Shown one piece after another: positions 63,201-64,000 of a stretch of 64,000 bases of DNA (positions within the stretch are counted from its first letter, which is position 1; each line of letters starts with the position of its first letter). The DNA comes from Tubiluchus corallicola (Eukaryota; Animalia; Priapulida), in contig JAQGDQ010000013.1 in NCBI GenBank assembly GCA_030141605.1, positions 758,447 to 822,446 of the forward strand, given 5' to 3'. The notes under the pieces are model-generated. The model did no database searches. It saw only the letters and a program-made list of their open reading frames with translations, and was not told the origin of the DNA. The translations under genes were made by a program, and so were the position numbers.

Positions 63201-63811
63201 ATTTAACATTTCCGTTTCATTATTTTCATTTAACAAGTTTACATACATGTTTTAATTCCAGCTGACTCTGACCTAATTCACGTAATGCTTATGGGCATTA
63301 TAATCTTTTCGCAGGTAAAGGTAACCCACAGGTAGAAGAGCAGTTCATCACTGAGAAACAATTGTCTTTTTTCAAATTGTTATATAACTACTAATTACCC
63401 TTGAAGGTGTTTCTTGAAAGGAACCAAGCATCCACCTCATGTACTTAAAGTTTAACTTAAAAATTAATTCAATTTATTCTCTTGAAAATGGGAAGCAACC
63501 ATTGTATACCATTGTCTCATAATTGACCTGCAACTATTAGATTGGTAATTTCATGACATAATTGTTGTGTCCTTTTCTAGAACACTATTACTAGAATTAC
63601 TAATCATTAACAGAGAAGTAAATGAAATTATAAAAGGTGCACCTTGAATGAGCCATTCACATTGCTGCTTTGCTGGATAATCACCTGCTCCATCAGAAAT
63701 GGTTCCTGTGTTATTTGTCAGCACGATCCGTCGTTTAGCACACGAACAGACACAGGATCTCAATTCAACTGACAGGATTATTAGTGAAAGCAGACTGTGC
63801 AGTCTGTGCAT
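11256..63811 (-). CDS. MEGF8: Multiple EGF-like domains protein 8, 40 coding exons, about 2826 aa
   Basis: Manual exon chain with every junction phase-compatible (sum 8481 nt). Architecture: signal peptide, CUB, EGF, kelch, PSI, EGF/laminin-EGF, second CUB, EGF, second kelch set, PSI, EGF/laminin-EGF, TM ([23 protein letters not shown]), MASRPF. Two CUB/kelch modules and the length indicate MEGF8 rather than attractin. Confidence 0.93.
13135..13243 (-). CDS. MEGF8: MEGF8 exon 39
   Basis: [22 protein letters not shown]...YCFDPHTQ. Confidence 0.9.
13953..14436 (-). mobile_element. 5S rRNA-derived SINE (SINE3-like) with GC-rich RTE-like body and (CAA)n tail
   Basis: 5S head at 14326-14436 with no oligo-T terminator; body of about 360 bp; (TTG)n on + at 13953-13963; 14-bp TSD ACAGTAAACWCATT at 13939-13952 and 14437-14450. 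Confidence 0.75.
14326..14445 (-). pseudogene. 5S rRNA-derived sequence (SINE head)
   Basis: Reverse complement reads CATATCACGTTGAAAACACTGGTTCTCGTCTGATCACCAAAGTTAAGCAACACAGAGCCTGGTTAGTACTTGGATGGGTGACCGCCTAGGAATACCAGGTGCTGTTGGCTT, a near full-length metazoan 5S with its internal control region. Confidence 0.9.
14875..14995 (-). CDS. MEGF8: MEGF8 exon 38 (laminin EGF)
   Basis: [26 protein letters not shown]...CHKYQ. Confidence 0.9.
15287..15432 (-). CDS. MEGF8: MEGF8 exon 37 (laminin EGF)
   Basis: [28 protein letters not shown]. Confidence 0.9.
16845..17021 (-). CDS. MEGF8: MEGF8 exon 36 (laminin EGF)
   Basis: [35 protein letters not shown]. Confidence 0.9.
17241..17730. mobile_element. Non-autonomous element family C (Kolobok-like), copy 1
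   Basis: AGGAAAC...TCCTCCC|TTAA; colinear with 26466-26959. Confidence 0.7.
18050..18622. mobile_element. Degenerate MITE with CAGTGRCGTAGC...GCTACGCC termini
   Basis: Short GC-rich inverted termini; similar ends at 21684-22038, about 16010 and about 16470; no clear TSD. Confidence 0.45.
18635..18824 (-). CDS. MEGF8: MEGF8 exon 35 (EGF/laminin EGF)
   Basis: [14 protein letters not shown]...[21 protein letters not shown]. Confidence 0.92.
18941..19545. mobile_element. piggyBac-like MITE, copy 1
   Basis: TTAA|CCCTTTCACTA...TAGTGAAAGGG|TTAA; inverted copy at 41730-42310. Confidence 0.85.
19952..20132 (-). CDS. MEGF8: MEGF8 exon 34 (EGF)
   Basis: [19 protein letters not shown]...CKCKDGY. Confidence 0.92.
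21394..21518 (-). CDS. MEGF8: MEGF8 exon 33
   Basis: CGWCA...[14 protein letters not shown]. Confidence 0.9.
22292..22392 (-). pseudogene. Degenerate 5S-like fragment
   Basis: GCGGTCACCTATTCAGATACTGACCAGGCTCAGCACTGCATACCTTCGG resembles 14351-14400. Confidence 0.45.
22488..22636 (-). CDS. MEGF8: MEGF8 exon 32 (PSI)
   Basis: [17 protein letters not shown]...CSTCLRQPG. Confidence 0.9.
23640..24194. mobile_element. Non-autonomous element family B (Kolobok-like), copy 1
   Basis: TTAA|AGGAAAATTGGAC...GTCTGGTTTTCCT|TTAA; copies at 60667-61245 and, inverted, at 34535-34987. Confidence 0.8.
24235..24366 (-). CDS. MEGF8: MEGF8 exon 31 (PSI)
   Basis: [30 protein letters not shown]. Confidence 0.9.
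24902..24993 (-). CDS. MEGF8: MEGF8 exon 30
   Basis: [16 protein letters not shown]; AG/GT borders, phase-compatible. Confidence 0.8.
25023..25157. repeat. 33-34-bp tandem repeat, 4 units
   Basis: Unit GCTAGCATTCCCCAGTGTGGTCAAGCTGGACATA starting at about 25023, 25057, 25090 and 25124. Confidence 0.85.
25327..25534 (-). CDS. MEGF8: MEGF8 exon 29 (PSI)
   Basis: [10 protein letters not shown]...SSCENC...CMWTR. Confidence 0.88.
26466..26959. mobile_element. Family C element, copy 2
   Basis: Colinear with 17241-17730; ends TCTTCCT|TTAA. Confidence 0.72.
26971..27109 (-). CDS. MEGF8: MEGF8 exon 28
   Basis: GTRC...[17 protein letters not shown]. Confidence 0.88.
27391..28230. mobile_element. pogo/Tigger-like MITE with internal 66-bp tandem repeat
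   Basis: TA|CAGTAAGTCCTCGCTTAAC...GTTAAGCAAGGACTTTACTG; repeat units at 28013, 28079, 28145 and 28211; homolog at 31301-31982. Confidence 0.8.
28421..28516 (-). CDS. MEGF8: MEGF8 exon 27
   Basis: [10 protein letters not shown]...CFSN; phase 2/2 fits both neighbours. Confidence 0.8.
28579..29025. mobile_element. Family G element, copy 2
   Basis: TGTGTGCTTGCA...TGCAAGCACACA inverted ends; homologous to 10195-10830. Confidence 0.72.
30329..30462. mobile_element. 134-bp foldback mini-MITE, TTAA-flanked
   Basis: TTAA|AGCAAATGTAACATGGGAAACCTTTTT...AAAAAGGTTTCCCATGTTGCATTTGTT|TTAA. Confidence 0.75.
30945..31154 (-). CDS. MEGF8: MEGF8 exon 26 (kelch end)
   Basis: YLCNSW...[25 protein letters not shown]. 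Confidence 0.9.
31301..31982. mobile_element. pogo/Tigger-like MITE, copy 2
   Basis: TA|CAGTAAGTCCTTGC...GCAAGGACTTACTG|TA. Confidence 0.82.
32143..32410 (-). CDS. MEGF8: MEGF8 exon 25 (kelch)
   Basis: [10 protein letters not shown]...LYVFGGY...PRFFHVA...MSGRT. Confidence 0.92.
32691..33166. repeat. 96-bp tandem repeat, 5 units, spanning the exon 24 donor
   Basis: TCTAYGYACC at 32735, 32831, 32927, 33023 and 33119 (period 96). Confidence 0.95.
33128..33404 (-). CDS. MEGF8: MEGF8 exon 24 (kelch)
   Basis: PPLAGHTMT...VLIGG...[12 protein letters not shown]; donor G|GTACGT. Confidence 0.88.
34246..34401 (-). CDS. MEGF8: MEGF8 exon 23 (kelch)
   Basis: RYQHTAIV...MYVYGG...GTWKELE. Confidence 0.88.
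34535..34987. mobile_element. Family B element (inverted)
   Basis: TTAA|AGGAAAACCAGG...TTTTCCT|TTAA. Confidence 0.72.
35794..36799. mobile_element. Family A element with a nested insertion
   Basis: Colinear with 1280-1949 except for an extra segment of about 360 bp (36000-36358). Confidence 0.75.
36000..36358. mobile_element. Nested MITE (CAKGGTTCMCAC...GTGGGAACCC termini)
   Basis: Interrupts family A homology; imperfect inverted ends; TTTTCCATGAC-like subterminal repeats. Confidence 0.6.
36856..37113 (-). CDS. MEGF8: MEGF8 exon 22 (EGF, kelch)
   Basis: [14 protein letters not shown]...RTGHSLV...LYIYGGYS. Confidence 0.9.
38005..38139. repeat. 67-bp tandem duplication
   Basis: TAAATTGATGTTTTATG..TCTCAGCCAAAAAGCATTGAAGACTTAAGGCTCCACCATTAGCCTCAA occurs twice. 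Confidence 0.9.
38965..39105 (-). CDS. MEGF8: MEGF8 exon 21 (EGF)
   Basis: [27 protein letters not shown]...CPRNC. Confidence 0.9.
39792..40104 (-). CDS. MEGF8: MEGF8 exon 20 (second CUB)
   Basis: ECLWVIS...[14 protein letters not shown]...LGAFCG...EAKSGYMTV. Confidence 0.92.
40152..40491. mobile_element. TA-flanked MITE family D (inverted, internally deleted)
   Basis: Ends CACTCATATCTTG...GGCAAACCGAGATATTAGCG|TA. Confidence 0.72.
40694..40801 (-). CDS. MEGF8: MEGF8 exon 19
   Basis: [17 protein letters not shown]...LG; donor GG|GTTTGT. Confidence 0.85.
41730..42310. mobile_element. piggyBac-like MITE, copy 2 (inverted)
   Basis: Reverse-complement homolog of 18941-19545; right end AGTGAAAGGG. 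Confidence 0.8.
42466..42664 (-). CDS. MEGF8: MEGF8 exon 18 (laminin EGF)
   Basis: [16 protein letters not shown]...CQCNGHG...[13 protein letters not shown]. Confidence 0.92.
43040..43215 (-). CDS. MEGF8: MEGF8 exon 17 (EGF/laminin EGF)
   Basis: CVHGTCS...CKCDLGWTG...[10 protein letters not shown]. Confidence 0.92.
43549..43801 (-). CDS. MEGF8: MEGF8 exon 16 (calcium-binding-type EGF)
   Basis: [44 protein letters not shown]. Confidence 0.92.
44795..44910 (-). CDS. MEGF8: MEGF8 exon 15 (PSI)
   Basis: [22 protein letters not shown]. Confidence 0.9.
45513..46015. mobile_element. Family D MITE
   Basis: Right TIR GTCCGGCAAACCAAGATATGAGTG|TA; colinear with 61834-62295. Confidence 0.75.
46063..46289 (-). 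CDS. MEGF8: MEGF8 exon 14 (PSI)
   Basis: DPSCEW...CVRRGRF...[22 protein letters not shown]. Confidence 0.9.
46341..46600 (+). mobile_element. tRNA-derived SINE, copy 2
   Basis: CCAGAC.GTTTAGTCTAGTGG...GAGTTCGATAC...GGTCATACCAAAGACTTTAAAATGG...AATAAAGATTATT. Confidence 0.8.
47653..47886 (-). CDS. MEGF8: MEGF8 exon 13 (PSI)
   Basis: [20 protein letters not shown]. Confidence 0.9.
48312..48524 (-). CDS. MEGF8: MEGF8 exon 12
   Basis: [11 protein letters not shown]...IFP...YFVQL...IQWNGG; GTGAGT donor. Confidence 0.8.
48574..49248. mobile_element. Family A element, copy 3
   Basis: TTAA on both sides; colinear with 1280-1949. Confidence 0.75.
50268..50368 (-). CDS. MEGF8: MEGF8 exon 11
   Basis: [33 protein letters not shown]; phase-compatible. 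Confidence 0.8.
51445..51856. repeat. 51-bp GC-rich minisatellite, 8 units
   Basis: GACGTGGGTCTAGTGAGTACCGCTAGTCAGGAAGACGTCAAGCAAAGGAAA; near-identical copies, one with a 1-bp deletion. Confidence 0.97.
51865..51997 (-). CDS. MEGF8: MEGF8 exon 10
   Basis: VSVFPKTSL...[10 protein letters not shown]; TTCCAG acceptor, GTAAGT donor. Confidence 0.85.
52055..52410. repeat. Dispersed repeat family H (second copy at about 55066-55325)
   Basis: Shared blocks CTTAACTACAACC.TCATGTGACATGTG, TAGCAGGATCTTGCTT and TTTGACCTTTTCACGATCATCATCAATCA. Confidence 0.65.
52693..52844 (-). CDS. MEGF8: MEGF8 exon 9 (GC donor)
   Basis: GWWG...[19 protein letters not shown]|GCAAGT. Confidence 0.85.
53057..53273 (-). 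CDS. MEGF8: MEGF8 exon 8 (PSI-like)
   Basis: [18 protein letters not shown]. Confidence 0.88.
53636..53754 (-). CDS. MEGF8: MEGF8 exon 7
   Basis: [19 protein letters not shown]; phase-compatible. Confidence 0.85.
55459..55626 (-). CDS. MEGF8: MEGF8 exon 6 (kelch)
   Basis: [32 protein letters not shown]; not in the ORF track; AG/GT borders. Confidence 0.9.
55777..56341. repeat. 62-bp AT-rich minisatellite, about 9 units
   Basis: AACTGTCATGATACGACTTTTCGTATGCATAAACTTTTACTTTAGGTTTATAACACAGACAK; period 62 (56159, 56221, 56283). Confidence 0.95.
57000..57158 (-). CDS. MEGF8: MEGF8 exon 5 (kelch)
   Basis: [10 protein letters not shown]...YHLGCHVW. Confidence 0.88.
58190..58605. mobile_element. 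Family D MITE
   Basis: TA|CACTAATATCTCGGTTTGCCGGAC...GTCTGGCAAACCGAGATATGAGTG|TA, TIR of about 24 bp. Confidence 0.82.
58732..59570 (-). CDS. MEGF8: MEGF8 exon 4 (EGF, kelch repeats)
   Basis: [12 protein letters not shown] followed by GG-containing kelch repeats. Confidence 0.93.
60199..60434 (-). CDS. MEGF8: MEGF8 exon 3 (CUB end, EGF)
   Basis: [16 protein letters not shown]...[11 protein letters not shown]. Confidence 0.92.
60667..61245. mobile_element. Family B element
   Basis: AGGAAAACTGGA...GGTTTTCCT|TTAA; colinear with 23640-24194. Confidence 0.78.
61485..61648 (-). CDS. MEGF8: MEGF8 exon 2 (CUB)
   Basis: [28 protein letters not shown]; AG/GT borders. Confidence 0.92.
61834..62295. 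mobile_element. Family D MITE
   Basis: TA|CACTAATATCTCAGTTTGCCGGAC...CGGCAAACCAAGATATGAGTG|TA. Confidence 0.82.
63643..63811 (-). CDS. MEGF8: MEGF8 coding exon 1 (signal peptide, CUB start)
   Basis: [22 protein letters not shown]...[21 protein letters not shown]; donor G|GTGCAC. Confidence 0.88.
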
Positions 63812-64000
63812 GCTGGGACTAAATTAACATGGCTTGTTCGAGTTAGCTATTGCTGTAAAAATAGAATTAAAAAATACAGTCATTGTATGCAAACACAGTA
63901 TATAAAATAGTATAATCCAAATCCACAAACCAGCACTAAAGGGTTCGAGTTTAATTAGCACATTGTCTGCCTGAAAATTGTTGAGGTCTTAGGTTCCTGC

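Noticed and set aside
11256-63811. Attractin/ATRNL1 or several separate genes
   Set aside because: All exons join in one frame of about 2826 aa with two CUB and two kelch modules, which is the MEGF8 layout.

Overview
AT-rich animal (invertebrate-like) genomic DNA with two convergent protein-coding genes; the organism cannot be determined from the sequence. On the + strand is a two-exon 40S ribosomal protein S7 gene (RPS7, 2559-2721 + 7084-7502, 193 aa) with a TCT/5'TOP start. Its single intron holds a 1.76-kb internally deleted Ty3/gypsy LTR retroelement with both LTRs, a 5-bp target-site duplication (TSD), a tRNA-Leu primer site, a polypurine tract, and gag fused to the integrase tail. On the - strand is a MEGF8 gene of about 52.5 kb. 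I assembled it by hand into 40 phase-compatible coding exons (63811 to 11256, 8481 nt, about 2826 aa), including one GC-AG intron and the MASRPF tail motif. Introns are densely filled with short non-autonomous DNA transposons (TTAA Kolobok-like, piggyBac-like, TA-flanked pogo/Tigger-like and others), two tRNA-derived SINEs, a 5S rRNA-headed SINE and several minisatellites. The most unusual items are a 96-bp array made from an exon end plus its splice donor, the 5S-headed SINE with an RTE-like body, the minimal LTR element and a chimeric MITE. I see no convincing wholly new multi-gene system. All coordinates were read by eye, and repeat family names are inferred from termini and TSD patterns, not database searches.
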